64,000 nt of DNA from an uncultured Acidimicrobiaceae bacterium (GTDB taxonomy: Bacteria; Actinomycetota; Acidimicrobiia; Acidimicrobiales; RAAP-2): NCBI GenBank assembly GCA_963833585.1, contig CAWHYF010000005.1, positions 769,774 through 833,773 of the forward strand, read 5' to 3'. The stretch's first letter is position 1; each line of letters begins with the position of its first letter. Both the position numbers and the translations under genes were made by a program. Below the pieces are notes generated by a model that was not told the origin of the DNA, searched no databases, and was given only the letters and a program-made list of their open reading frames with translations. This document shows positions 9,186 to 19,148 of the stretch, one piece after another.

Positions 9186-10270
9186 CTCGTGCTGGTCCAT
9201 TCTCCCACCCCTCCGGCGGCCCGTGGGTGGTTCCCGACGATGGCCACCACGGACCCCACCGGATCATTCGACGGGTCCACCCACACGATACGGGGATCGC
9301 GTCGGAACCACGCCCGCTGCCGCCGGGCGAAGGCCCGGGTGCGACGCACGGCCAGCCCGACCGCCTCGTCCAGCGGGACGCCCTGTTCCAGGTGGGCCAG
9401 CAGTTCCCGGTAGCCCAGCGCCTGTCGGGCGGTCCGGGAGATCCCCCCGGGACGGCGGGCCAGTCCCCGCACCTCGTCCAGCAGGCCCCGATCCATCTGT
9501 GCCTCGAACCGGGCGGCGATCCGCCGGTCGAGATCCTCGGCCTGGCGGTCCAGTCCGACCAGGGGCCCCCGGCTGGGGGGGTACTGCTCCAACCCGGGTC
9601 CGAACGCCGAGAACGGCCGGCCCGAACCCAGGGTCACCTCGAGGGCTCGCACCAGGCGGCGGCGGTTGGCCGGCTCGATCCGTGCCGAAGCCACCGGGTC
9701 CAGCTCGACCAGGCGGCGGTGGAGCCGGGCGAGCATCTCCCGCTCCGCGGCACTGCCCTCGGGCCCGGCCCCGTCCAGTTGGGCCGACAGCTCGGCGGCG
9801 ACCTCGGGGAACCGGCCCGGGAAGACGAGGTCGTCCACCACCGACCGAAGGTAGAGCCCGGTTCCCCCGACCAGCAGGGCGGTGTTGCCCCGGGTGGCGA
9901 TCCCGGACAGCGCGTGACGTGCGGCCTGTTGGAATTGCTGCACGGTGAATTCGTCGGCCGGATCGACCAGGTCCACGAGGTGGTAGGGCACCCGGCGCCG
10001 CACCTCGGGGGAGGGCTTGGCCGTCCCGATGTCCATCCCCCGATAGACGGCCATCGAGTCCACCGACACCAGCTCGACCGCGGGGCTGGCGCCCCCCGGG
10101 ACGGAGGGTGCCGTTCCGTTCACCCGCTCGGCCACCTCGAGAGCGATGGCCGACTTGCCGGAGGCGGTGGGCCCGACCAGCGCCACGACCGGAGGGGTCG
10201 GGGGGCCCGGTGGGCCGGTCCCGGTCGGGGAACCTGTCGCGGCAGTGCCCCGCCGCTCAGCCGGCGGCAA
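9182..10270 (-). CDS. miaA: tRNA dimethylallyltransferase
   Basis: P-loop GPTASGKS, plus the VSVDSMAVYRGMDIGTAKP and PYHL motifs. Confidence 0.9.
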   Translation of the reverse strand: MPPAERRGTAATGSPTGTGPPGPPTPPVVALVGPTASGKSAIALEVAERVNGTAPSVPGGASPAVELVSVDSMAVYRGMDIGTAKPSPEVRRRVPYHLVDLVDPADEFTVQQFQQAARHALSGIATRGNTALLVGGTGLYLRSVVDDLVFPGRFPEVAAELSAQLDGAGPEGSAAEREMLARLHRRLVELDPVASARIEPANRRRLVRALEVTLGSGRPFSAFGPGLEQYPPSRGPLVGLDRQAEDLDRRIAARFEAQMDRGLLDEVRGLARRPGGISRTARQALGYRELLAHLEQGVPLDEAVGLAVRRTRAFARRQRAWFRRDPRIVWVDPSNDPVGSVVAIVGNHPRAAGGVGEWTSTR

Positions 10271-11720
10271 CCGGGAGTCTGGTCCGGTGGGAGGGAGGTG
10301 CGATGACGTCGCGGAGGAGGCCGGTCAGGTGGTGGCGGGCGGCATCGACCACCTCCACTGTGGCGTAGGACCCCGGCCGGACCGGTGGGCCGTCACCGGT
10401 GGCGAAGTGCACCAGCTTGTTCTGACCGGTCCGGCCGGTGGTCACCGCGGCGTTCCGCTTGGACGGACCCTCGACCAGCACCTCCTCCACTCGGCCGATC
10501 CGGTCGCGGTGCCGGATCAGTGCGGATCGCTCCACCACGGTCCGCAGGCGCTCGAACCGCTCGGCCACCACCTCGGCGGGGATGAACCGGTCGGTCATGG
10601 CGGCTGCCCGGGTGCCGGGCCGGGGGGAGAAGATGAACGTGTAGGCGCTGTCGTAGGCCGCCCCGGCGGCGACCTCCAGGGTGGCATCGAAGTCGTCCTC
10701 GGTCTCGCCCGGGAACCCCACGATGATGTCGGTGGTCACGGCCAGGTCGGGGATGGCCGACCGGGCCGCCGCCAGCCGGTCCAGGTATCGCTGGGCCGTG
10801 TACCCCCGGCGCATGGCGGTCAGGACGGCGTCACTACCCGACTGCAGCGGGAGGTGGAGGTGGTTGCACACCTCGTCGGTGTCGGCCATGGCGGCGATGG
10901 TCTCGGGGCGCAGGTCCTTCGGGTGAGGGCTCGTAAACCGCACCCGTCGGATGCCCTCCACGGCGCCGACCGCCCGGAGCAGCTCGGCGAAGAGCGGTCG
11001 GCGGCGGGTCAGGTCCCGACCGTAGGAGTTGACGTTCTGCCCGAGCAGACCGACCTCGGTCACGCCTCGACCGGCGAGGGTTCGGACCTCGTCGACGAGC
11101 TCGTCGAAGGGCCGGGACACCTCCCCTCCCCGGACCGACGGGACGATACAGAAGGCACACGAGTTGTCGCACCCCATCTGGATGGTGACCCACGCGGCGT
11201 AGGGCAGGTCGCGAACCGCGCCGAGCGCGGCGACTTGCTGGCCGGCACCGGGCTCGAGCCCGGTGCCCTCGACTCCGGACGGCGGTCCGTCCAGGATCTC
11301 CACCACCGGTCCCGACCGGGAGGCTTCCCGGAGGAGGGCCGGGGCCCGGGACAGGTTGTGGGTGCCGAACACCACGTCGACATGGGAGGCACGTTCCCGC
11401 ACCCGCTGGCCGTCCATCTGGGCCAGGCACCCACCGACGGCGATCTGCATCCCGGGCCGACGCTCCCGCAGCGCCTTCAGGTTGCCCAGGTGGCCGTAGA
11501 ACTTGTTGTCGGCATTCTCGCGGATGCAGCAGGTGTTGAAGACCACCACGTCGGCGGCCTCGATGTCGGACGTCGCCACCAGGCCGTCGGCCTGCAGCGC
11601 CCCGGCCAGCCGCTCCGAGTCGTGGTCGTTCATCTGGCAGCCGAACGTGCGGATGTGGAAGGTGCGCGGCCCGCTGGCCTGTTCCCCGGTGGTCACCGCC
11701 CCAGGATACGGCCCAGGCAC
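10257..11720 (-). CDS. miaB: tRNA-2-methylthio-N6-dimethylallyladenosine synthase (radical SAM methylthiotransferase)
   Basis: UPF0004 N-terminal domain (TFGCQMN), a radical-SAM CxxxCxxC motif (GCDNSCAFC) and a C-terminal TRAM domain. Confidence 0.9.
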   Translation of the reverse strand: MPGPYPGAVTTGEQASGPRTFHIRTFGCQMNDHDSERLAGALQADGLVATSDIEAADVVVFNTCCIRENADNKFYGHLGNLKALRERRPGMQIAVGGCLAQMDGQRVRERASHVDVVFGTHNLSRAPALLREASRSGPVVEILDGPPSGVEGTGLEPGAGQQVAALGAVRDLPYAAWVTIQMGCDNSCAFCIVPSVRGGEVSRPFDELVDEVRTLAGRGVTEVGLLGQNVNSYGRDLTRRRPLFAELLRAVGAVEGIRRVRFTSPHPKDLRPETIAAMADTDEVCNHLHLPLQSGSDAVLTAMRRGYTAQRYLDRLAAARSAIPDLAVTTDIIVGFPGETEDDFDATLEVAAGAAYDSAYTFIFSPRPGTRAAAMTDRFIPAEVVAERFERLRTVVERSALIRHRDRIGRVEEVLVEGPSKRNAAVTTGRTGQNKLVHFATGDGPPVRPGSYATVEVVDAARHHLTGLLRDVIAPPSHRTRLPVAAG

Positions 11721-11748
11721 CCGTCCCCCGGCCCGGCCCGGTCGCCCG

Positions 11749-12636
11749 CTACTCGTCGAGGTTGAAGTCGAACAGCTCGGTCGATCCGCTGCGGTCGAGG
11801 ATCAGCCCGTGCATGTCGGCGTGGAGGATCAGGACCTGCCCGGGCACGTCCGCCTCGGCCAGGGCCTTCTCGGCCGCCGACTGGACGGCCGGGGCCTGGT
11901 GGCCTTGGGCGATGCCGAGGAGCGAGGGTCCGGCCCCCGACCAACAGACGGCCAGCGCCCCTCCGGCCGACATCCCGGCCAGCAGCTTGGGCGCGGCGGG
12001 GAACAGCGGGCTGCGGTAGTCCTGGTGGAGGCGGTCCTCGGTGGCCTCGGGGATGAGGACTCGACTGTCGGCCAGACCGGCGATCAGGAGGGCCATCCTC
12101 GACAGGTTGAAGGCCGCGCTCTCCCGGCTGACGGTGGCGGGCAGCGTTTGACGGGCCCGGGCGGTGGACAAGGTGAGATCGGGCACGATGACCACGAAGG
12201 CCAGGCTCACGTCCAGGGGCAGACGGACGGCCTGCACACCCCCCTTCACCCGGGCGGCGGCTACCAGACCGCCCACCATCGAGGCGGCCGCGTTGTCGGG
12301 GTGGCCGTCCATCTGGGCCGCTACCGCCAGCGGGTCCCGGGCTCCGGCCGCCGCCGCCGCCGCCACGGCCAGCGCCGCCGAGGAACCGAGGCCGCGGGCG
12401 ACAGGTATCTGCGAGCGGACCGTGATGGCCAGGCGATCGGTCCCGGCCACGTCGATGGCCACCCTCGCCGCCAGGTGGGAGGGGTCGTCGGACAGGCCGG
12501 CGCCCTCGCCCTCGGACCGCACGATGAGCTTCGACGAGGGTTCCACCTCCACTTCGACGTACCGGTCGAGGGCGATGGCCAAGGCGTCGAAGCCCGGCCC
12601 GAGATTGGCCGACGACGCGGGGACTCGTGCGCGCAC
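11749..12636 (-). CDS. thrB: Homoserine kinase (GHMP kinase)
   Basis: 295 aa with PASSANLGPGFD and the GHMP motif PVARGLGSSAA. Confidence 0.85.
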   Translation of the reverse strand: MRARVPASSANLGPGFDALAIALDRYVEVEVEPSSKLIVRSEGEGAGLSDDPSHLAARVAIDVAGTDRLAITVRSQIPVARGLGSSAALAVAAAAAAGARDPLAVAAQMDGHPDNAAASMVGGLVAAARVKGGVQAVRLPLDVSLAFVVIVPDLTLSTARARQTLPATVSRESAAFNLSRMALLIAGLADSRVLIPEATEDRLHQDYRSPLFPAAPKLLAGMSAGGALAVCWSGAGPSLLGIAQGHQAPAVQSAAEKALAEADVPGQVLILHADMHGLILDRSGSTELFDFNLDE

Positions 12637-12751
12637 ACCGACACGGTACTCGCCACGGGTTCGGCCGGTCCGGACCCGTCGGGTCCCCCTCGCCGTCCCG
12701 GGACCGACGCTCAGCCGGCGCCCTTCCCACCTCCGGGGCCCGGTCGGGTGG

Positions 12752-14542
12752 TCAGTTGTGGAGCAGGCGCCACCACCACGACGGCTCGGGCACGGTGGAG
12801 GCCAAGGTCAGCGGCACCGACTCGGACTGGGATCCGAGGGTGAAGTCGGCCTTCCCCACCTGGCTGCCCCGCGGGCCGCCGGCCGGGACCGCGCCGAGGG
12901 AGGTGGTGGCCGCCACCTGCTGCCCGGGCCACCCGAGCACCGACGCCGACCGGGCGGCCACCACCGCCACCCGGTGGGGCTGTCCCCCCCACACCGCGGT
13001 GGCCGTGCCGACCACCGCCCCCTTGGTGGCGACGGCCACCGGTACGACGCCGGCCTGAGCCGCCTGGAGCAGGGCCTCGGTGACCGGCCGCGTGTAACGA
13101 AGCGGGTCGGGGACCTGGAGGTCATCGACGGGGACGGTGGTGGTCGTGGTCGGGGGCGGTGGCGGCGAGGTGGTGGGGGGCGCGGTGGTGGGCGGGGGCA
13201 TGGTGGTCGGCGGGGGGACCACCCCGGGTGCCGGGGGGGTGGTCGTGGTGGTGGTGGTCGTGGGCGGAGGCGGCCGGGGGGCGGTGGTGGTCGTGGTCTT
13301 GGGCACGATGGGTGGGGGCGTTGGCTGGCCCAGCACCGCCACCAGCACCAGTACCGATTGATTCCCCACTACCCGGTTGGCCGCCAGCACCAGGCAGCCC
13401 CCCGCCTTGGAGGTGTACCCCGACTTGATGCCGACGACGCCGTTCTTGCCGATCTCGCTCACCACATTGGGAAGCGTGCCCACCCCCGGGAAGTCGATGG
13501 AGGTCATGCCCACCACCTGGGCGAAGGTGGGGTCGAGCATCCCGGCGGCGGCGACCCGCAGACAGTCGGCGGCGGTGGACACCGATCCGGGGTCGTAGCC
13601 GCTGGCGTCGACGAAATGCGTAGCGGTAGCCCCCAGCGAGGCGGCCAACCCGTTCATCTTGGCCACGAAGGCCGGGATGCTGCCGGCATCCCACACCGCC
13701 AGGCTGTAGGCCATGTCGTTGGCCGACTGGGTGAGCAGGGCCTCGAGCATCTGGCGCTCGGTCAGTACCTCTCCGGCGTGGATCGGGACTGTCGACTGGT
13801 CGTTGTGGAGCTCGACGTCGTACTCGGTGACGTCGTCGGGGGTGATGGTGATCGACGGGCCGGTGGCGCCGGCCGGCACGGGATGGTCGCGGAGCACCTC
13901 CAGGGCGTTGGTCATCTTGGTCAACGAGGCGATGGGTACCGGTACCTCGGGACCCGACTGCTGGGCGTAGCCCAGGGCCGGGATGGCGATGGCCCCCTGG
14001 CCCTTGGCCGGCCAGGGCAGCGTCGGACTCGAACCCCCGACGGCCACGGCCGCCGGCAACCCCGACCGGAGGGCGGCCGGGGCCAGGGGGTGGTTGATGC
14101 GTTGAGCCCCCGCCCACCCCGCGGTGGCGACGAGCAGCGCCACCACCAGCGCCGCGGCCACGATGATGCGCCGGTGGCTCCGCTTCCGGCGGTCCCGACG
14201 CTGGGTCCTCGGTGGGTCATCCGACGCCGCCGCCCCGGGGTCGGACCGGGTGACCGGCCCTTGTTCCGAAGCCCCTCCGGCTGTGCCGCCGGTTCCGGGG
14301 GCTCCGACGACCCCGGGGCCGGCATCGGGGTCGACCCAGGGGGCCAGGACGACCTCCTCCGGGGCCACGATCGGGGCGGTGATGTCCAGCACCACCGGCA
14401 GCGGAAGGGGGGCGGTACCGTGTTCCGTCACGGCATCGGCAGCGTCGGTCCCGGACCCATCCGGCGCGTCGGCCTCGGACGGGTGGGCCTCCGACCCCGG
14501 GAGGTCAGAGCCGGCGTCCGGAGCGAGGGGTGGTGCGGCCAC
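12752..14542 (-). CDS. D-alanyl-D-alanine carboxypeptidase (S11, PBP5-type) with a Pro/Thr-rich linker and a C-terminal domain
   Basis: SxxK (ASLTK), SxN (SAND) and KTG-like (KSGYT) motifs. A roughly 60-aa T/P low-complexity linker precedes a beta-rich C-terminal domain. The N-terminus has a disordered region and one TM segment. Confidence 0.8.
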   Translation of the reverse strand: MAAPPLAPDAGSDLPGSEAHPSEADAPDGSGTDAADAVTEHGTAPLPLPVVLDITAPIVAPEEVVLAPWVDPDAGPGVVGAPGTGGTAGGASEQGPVTRSDPGAAASDDPPRTQRRDRRKRSHRRIIVAAALVVALLVATAGWAGAQRINHPLAPAALRSGLPAAVAVGGSSPTLPWPAKGQGAIAIPALGYAQQSGPEVPVPIASLTKMTNALEVLRDHPVPAGATGPSITITPDDVTEYDVELHNDQSTVPIHAGEVLTERQMLEALLTQSANDMAYSLAVWDAGSIPAFVAKMNGLAASLGATATHFVDASGYDPGSVSTAADCLRVAAAGMLDPTFAQVVGMTSIDFPGVGTLPNVVSEIGKNGVVGIKSGYTSKAGGCLVLAANRVVGNQSVLVLVAVLGQPTPPPIVPKTTTTTAPRPPPPTTTTTTTTPPAPGVVPPPTTMPPPTTAPPTTSPPPPPTTTTTVPVDDLQVPDPLRYTRPVTEALLQAAQAGVVPVAVATKGAVVGTATAVWGGQPHRVAVVAARSASVLGWPGQQVAATTSLGAVPAGGPRGSQVGKADFTLGSQSESVPLTLASTVPEPSWWWRLLHN

Positions 14543-14565
14543 CGACTCTGGGGAGGCTCCGTCGG

Positions 14566-17055
14566 TCAGCGGGCGTCCAGTTCCTCGGGCGTCATCAACA
14601 CGGCACGGGCCTTGGAGCCCTCCGAGGGGCCAACCACCCCCCGGCGTTCCATGAGGTCCATCAATCGGCCCGCCCGTGCGAACCCGACCCGCAGCTTGCG
14701 CTGCAACATTGAGGTCGAACCCAGCTGGGACCGGACCACCAGCTCCATGGCCTGGTCCAGCAGCTCGTCGTCTCCGTCCTCGCCTCCCGTCTGGGGCCCC
14801 TCACTCCCAACCACCTCCTCGATGTCCGCCACCACTTCCATCGGACGCTGGCGCTTCCAGTGGGCGGTCACCGCTCGCACCTCGTCCTCGCTCACCCAGG
14901 GGCCCTGCAGACGCTGCGGGTTGGAGGAGGAGGCCGACAACAGCAGCATGTCACCCTTACCGATCAGGCGCTCGGCACCGGGCTGGTCCAGAATGACCCG
15001 GCTGTCGGCCAGCGACGACACGGAGAAGGCCAGGCGCGACGGGATGTTGGCCTTGATCACCCCGGTGATGACGTCCACGGAGGGCCGCTGGGTGGCGAGC
15101 ACGAGGTGGATGCCGACGGCCCGGGCCATCTGGGCGATCCGGCACACCGACTCCTCGACGTCTCGGGCCGCCACCATCATCAGGTCATTGAGCTCATCCA
15201 CCACGATCAGGATGAACGGCAGCCGGGCGAACCGGAGCTCGGGCTCGGTGTCCTCATCGTCCGGCTCGTCGACCCCGGTCCCCAGCATCCTCATCCGGTA
15301 GGCCTCTTCGAACTCCGCCAGTTCCCCGTCGTCGAAGGCGGCGTTGTACCCGGTGATGTCCCTCATCCCCACCTCGGCCAACAGGTCGTAGCGGCGCTCC
15401 ATCTCGGTCACCGCCCAGCTGAGCGCGTTGGCGGCCTTCTTCGGGTCCACCACCACCTGGGTCAGGAGGTGCGGGAGGTCGTTGTACTGGCCGAGCTCCA
15501 CCCGCTTGGGGTCGACCAGGATCAACCTCACCTGGTCCGGGGTGGCCCGGGTGAGGATGGAGGTGAGCACGGAGTTGATGCACGACGACTTGCCCGAGCC
15601 GGTGGCACCCGACACCAGCACGTGGGGCATCTCCGCCAAGTTGACCATCACCGCCCGCCCGGCGATGTCCCGGCCCAGGGCCACCTCGAGGGGGTGGACG
15701 GCCCGGTCCGCTTCGGGTGAGGTCAGGATGTCCCCGAGCGCCACCAGTTGCCGGGTGCGATTGGGTACCTCGACGCCGATGGCCGACTTGCCGGGGATCG
15801 GCGCCAAGATCCGCACGTCCGGCGAGGCCATGGCGTAGGCGATGTCCTTGGACAGGGAGGTCACCCGGGCCACCTTCACCCCGGCCCCCAGCTCCAGCTC
15901 GTAGCGGGTGATCGACGGTCCCACCGTTCGCCCCAACAGTCGGGTGTCCACCCCGTGGGCGGCCAGGGCCGCCACCAGGGCACCCCCGGCGGCCTCCACG
16001 GCCCGTTCGTCCACCGCTTGGGGTTTGGCCCGCTTCAGGATGGTGGTCGGCGGCAGGTGCCAATCGCCCACGCTGGGGCCGACCCTCATCTCCAGCGACC
16101 CGCCCGATCGGGTGGCGGTTTGGGGCAGCAGGGCCTCCTCCGGCTCGAGCTCGGGCTCGGGCTCGGGTTCCATCGGATCGTCCTCGTCTTCGTCGACCAG
16201 GTCGGCGACGGGAGGCACCACGGCGCCGTCGGCCGGGCCGACCCGTCGACCGAAGGGGTCGGTGGGCTCGTCCCCGTCCTGGTCGTCGAATTCCTCGTCC
16301 TCCTCGGCGACGGACCGTTCCCGGGCCACCGCCGCCGACCACCGGACGGCTCCGACGATGCCGCTGGTGGCGGACCGGATGGACACCCCGGTGAACAGGA
16401 CCATGGCCACCACGGCCAGGGCCACCAGCACCACCGTGGCCCCGAATCCGCCGAGGCCCGACCGGAGCGGGTTGCCGGCCAGGGCGCCGATCCAGCCGCC
16501 GGCCGAGGAGAGCAGATCGGTGGATGCCCGGAGATGGGGGGAGCCCCCGGCCAACGAGGCCAACCCGGCCACGGCCAGAAGTGACAGGGAGGCGCCGATG
16601 ACCACCCGGGCCGGTTCGGGGGTGCTCCGGGTCTCGTCGTCACCGAGGCGGTAGCCGATCAGGAGCAGAAGGCCGGTGGCCACCGCCACCAGCGGCACCA
16701 GGAAGCGTCCCCATCCGAGCAGGTCGCCCACGGCGACCCGCGCACCGTGACCGGCCGGACCGAGGGAGTGGGCGCCTCCGTAGAAGGCCACGGCGGTGAG
16801 GACACCGATGGTGACCAGCACCACGCCCCAGAGGTCGGTGGCGTGAGTGGCCACCACCGCTCCCACCGTCTCCATGACGCCGGTGCGCTCCCGGCCACTT
16901 CGCCGCCCGCCCGAGGCGGCCCGACGGCCCCGGTGGGCAGGGCTCCGCCGACCTGACGTCGAGGACCTCGAGCGCGATCGGGCCGAGGACGCGGACCTGC
17001 CCTTGGACCGCGAAGCCCCGGATCGGCCCGCCGGACGCTTGGTGGCGGTCGTCAC
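14566..17055 (-). CDS. ftsK: DNA translocase FtsK/SpoIIIE
   Basis: 829 aa with a basic N-terminal tail, four TM helices, a linker, the motor domain (Walker A GATGSGKS) and a C-terminal gamma winged-helix (SMLQRKLRVGFARAGRLMD). Confidence 0.95.
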   Translation of the reverse strand: MTTATKRPAGRSGASRSKGRSASSARSRSRSSTSGRRSPAHRGRRAASGGRRSGRERTGVMETVGAVVATHATDLWGVVLVTIGVLTAVAFYGGAHSLGPAGHGARVAVGDLLGWGRFLVPLVAVATGLLLLIGYRLGDDETRSTPEPARVVIGASLSLLAVAGLASLAGGSPHLRASTDLLSSAGGWIGALAGNPLRSGLGGFGATVVLVALAVVAMVLFTGVSIRSATSGIVGAVRWSAAVARERSVAEEDEEFDDQDGDEPTDPFGRRVGPADGAVVPPVADLVDEDEDDPMEPEPEPELEPEEALLPQTATRSGGSLEMRVGPSVGDWHLPPTTILKRAKPQAVDERAVEAAGGALVAALAAHGVDTRLLGRTVGPSITRYELELGAGVKVARVTSLSKDIAYAMASPDVRILAPIPGKSAIGVEVPNRTRQLVALGDILTSPEADRAVHPLEVALGRDIAGRAVMVNLAEMPHVLVSGATGSGKSSCINSVLTSILTRATPDQVRLILVDPKRVELGQYNDLPHLLTQVVVDPKKAANALSWAVTEMERRYDLLAEVGMRDITGYNAAFDDGELAEFEEAYRMRMLGTGVDEPDDEDTEPELRFARLPFILIVVDELNDLMMVAARDVEESVCRIAQMARAVGIHLVLATQRPSVDVITGVIKANIPSRLAFSVSSLADSRVILDQPGAERLIGKGDMLLLSASSSNPQRLQGPWVSEDEVRAVTAHWKRQRPMEVVADIEEVVGSEGPQTGGEDGDDELLDQAMELVVRSQLGSTSMLQRKLRVGFARAGRLMDLMERRGVVGPSEGSKARAVLMTPEELDAR

Positions 17056-17112
17056 AGTGGGTAACAGGTTACTCCCGCAGGGTAGCGGTCACGGGGACAC
17101 CGGGCTCGGTGC

Positions 17113-18972
17113 CTAGACGGGGACGATCACCGGGACGATCATCGGGCGCTGACGGGTCCGGTCGCCGACGAGCCGGCCCAGGGCCTTGCGGGCCACCCGG
17201 TTGAGGTTCTCGTGGTCGACGGTCCCCGAGGAGAGTGCCTGCTCCAGGGCCCGCGTCACCTGGATCCTCGCCTCGTCGAGCAGCATCTCGGTGTCGTCGT
17301 CGTAGGCCCAGCCCCTGGTGACGATCTGGGGCACACCCACCACCTCCCCCCGCTTGAGGTCGACCGTGGCGACGGCCATGACCACCCCTTCCTCGGACAG
17401 GACCTTCCGGTCCCGGAGTACGCCGTGGCCGATGTCGCCCACCGAGCTGCCGTCCACGAACAGGTAGCCGCCCGGGACGACGCCGTCCCGCTGGATGCCC
17501 TTGGCGTCGAGGCGAACGGCATCACCGTCCTCGCACAGCAGCACCCGGTCGCCCACGATGCCCATCGACTCGGCCACCCGCACCTGGTTGGCCATGTGCC
17601 GATACTCGCCGTGGACCGGGATGAGGAACTCGGGTTCGGTCACCGACATCAGCGTGGCCAACTCCCCCTGACGGGCATGGCCGCTGACGTGGACCGAGTC
17701 CACACCGGAGTGGATCACCTCGACGTTGCGCCGGTGGAGACTGTCGATGACCCGCCCCACCGACCACTCGTTTCCGGGGATGGGATGGGCACTGATCACC
17801 ACCACGTCGTTCTCGCGCAGCTTGAAGAAGCGGTTCTCCCCGGCGGCCAGTTTGGACAAGGCGGACATGGGCTCGCCCTGCGATCCGGTGGAGATCACGC
17901 ACACCTGGCCCGGGAGGAGCTGATCGACGTCCTCGATGTCCACCAGCGAGCGGTCGGGGATGGCGAGGAGCCCCAGCTTCCGGGCCAGGGCCACGTTCTT
18001 CTGCATCGAGAGGCCGAGGGTGGCCACCTTGCGGCCGCCGGCGATGGCGGCGTCGGCCACCTGCTGCACCCGGTGGATGTGGCTGGCGAAGCAGGTCACG
18101 ATGAACCGGCGGTCCGGGCGGGCCAGGAAGACCTTGCGGAGCGTCGCCCCCACCGTCGACTCCGAGGGGGTGAAGCCGGGCTCCTCGGCGTTGGTGGAGT
18201 CCACGAGCAGCAAGCGGATCCCGGGATCCGAGGCCAAGGCCCCCATCCGGGCCAGATCGGTGCGGCGGCCGTCGACCGGGTGGAGGTCGATCTTGAAGTC
18301 TCCGGAGTGGAGGATGATCCCCTGGGGAGTGTGGAAGGCGGTGGCGAAGGCGTGCGGCACCGAGTGCGTCACCGGAATGAACTCCACGTCACAGGGGCCG
18401 ATCCGGCGACGCTCGCCGTCCCGCACCGGGATGAACTGGGCCCGTTCGGTCATACCCGCCTCGTCGACCCGGTTCCGGGCCAGGGCCAGGGTCAGCTCCG
18501 AGCCGTACACCGCCACCGGGAAGTCCCGCAGCAGGTAGGCCAAGCCGCCGGTGTGGTCCTCGTGGCCATGGGTCAGGATGACCCCGTCGACCCGATCGGC
18601 GTTCTCGCGCAGGTAGGTGAGGTCGGGGAGCACCAGGTCCACACCGGGCATGTCGGGGTCCGGGAACATGATGCCAACGTCGATGACCAGGATGCGCCCC
18701 TCGACCTCGATGCAGGCACAGTTCCGCCCGATCTCTCCGAGGCCACCCAGGAACACGATCCGGACCGGCGAGTCGCTCCCGGCGCCACCCGTTCCTCCGG
18801 ATCCGGCGGATGCCTGGGGGGACCGGCGGCGGGACGGCGACGCCGCCGCCTCGGTGGACGCCGTCGCCTTCTTCTTGCGCGACCCAGAGGCCTTCCGGCC
18901 GGCCCCGCTCTTCCCGGCGGAGGGCGGCGCGCCGGCCCGATCGGTGCCGCGACCTGCTCCCTGGCTGTTCAC
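17113..18972 (-). CDS. rnj: Ribonuclease J
   Basis: Metallo-beta-lactamase / beta-CASP architecture (LTHGHEDHTGG). GTG start at 18972 preceded by AGAGAGAAG. It carries a 69-aa basic, disordered N-terminal extension. Confidence 0.9.
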   Translation of the reverse strand: MNSQGAGRGTDRAGAPPSAGKSGAGRKASGSRKKKATASTEAAASPSRRRSPQASAGSGGTGGAGSDSPVRIVFLGGLGEIGRNCACIEVEGRILVIDVGIMFPDPDMPGVDLVLPDLTYLRENADRVDGVILTHGHEDHTGGLAYLLRDFPVAVYGSELTLALARNRVDEAGMTERAQFIPVRDGERRRIGPCDVEFIPVTHSVPHAFATAFHTPQGIILHSGDFKIDLHPVDGRRTDLARMGALASDPGIRLLLVDSTNAEEPGFTPSESTVGATLRKVFLARPDRRFIVTCFASHIHRVQQVADAAIAGGRKVATLGLSMQKNVALARKLGLLAIPDRSLVDIEDVDQLLPGQVCVISTGSQGEPMSALSKLAAGENRFFKLRENDVVVISAHPIPGNEWSVGRVIDSLHRRNVEVIHSGVDSVHVSGHARQGELATLMSVTEPEFLIPVHGEYRHMANQVRVAESMGIVGDRVLLCEDGDAVRLDAKGIQRDGVVPGGYLFVDGSSVGDIGHGVLRDRKVLSEEGVVMAVATVDLKRGEVVGVPQIVTRGWAYDDDTEMLLDEARIQVTRALEQALSSGTVDHENLNRVARKALGRLVGDRTRQRPMIVPVIVPV

Positions 18973-18988
18973 TGGTGACTTCTCTCTA

Positions 18989-19047
18989 CTGATTCGGTTC
19001 GCTACTGCGTCTGATTCGGTTCGCTACTGCGTCTGATTCGGTTCGCT
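18989..19047. repeat. Perfect tandem repeat, 22-bp unit CTGATTCGGTTCGCTACTGCGT x 2.7
   Basis: Copies at 18989-19010 and 19011-19032 are identical; 19033-19047 repeats the first 15 nt. It lies in the dapA-rnj intergenic leader, 17 nt upstream of the rnj start. Confidence 0.95.
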
Positions 19048-19148
19048 GGTGTGTCGGCGGTACGGGTGGTGTCGGCGGAGCGGGGCGGGGGCGCGGTGGT
19101 GGTCGGGGCTGCGTCCCGGGGACCGACGGACGGGACGCCACGGTCCTG

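Noticed and set aside
12164-15301. Long plus-strand ORFs antisense to conserved genes: 12164-15301 (1045 aa), 30513-33488 (991 aa), 5645-7522, 25346-27226, 33519-35195 and others.
   Set aside because: They have low-complexity R/G/P/A composition and no recognisable motifs. Each lies opposite a gene with clear family signatures. These are GC-driven open frames rather than genes.
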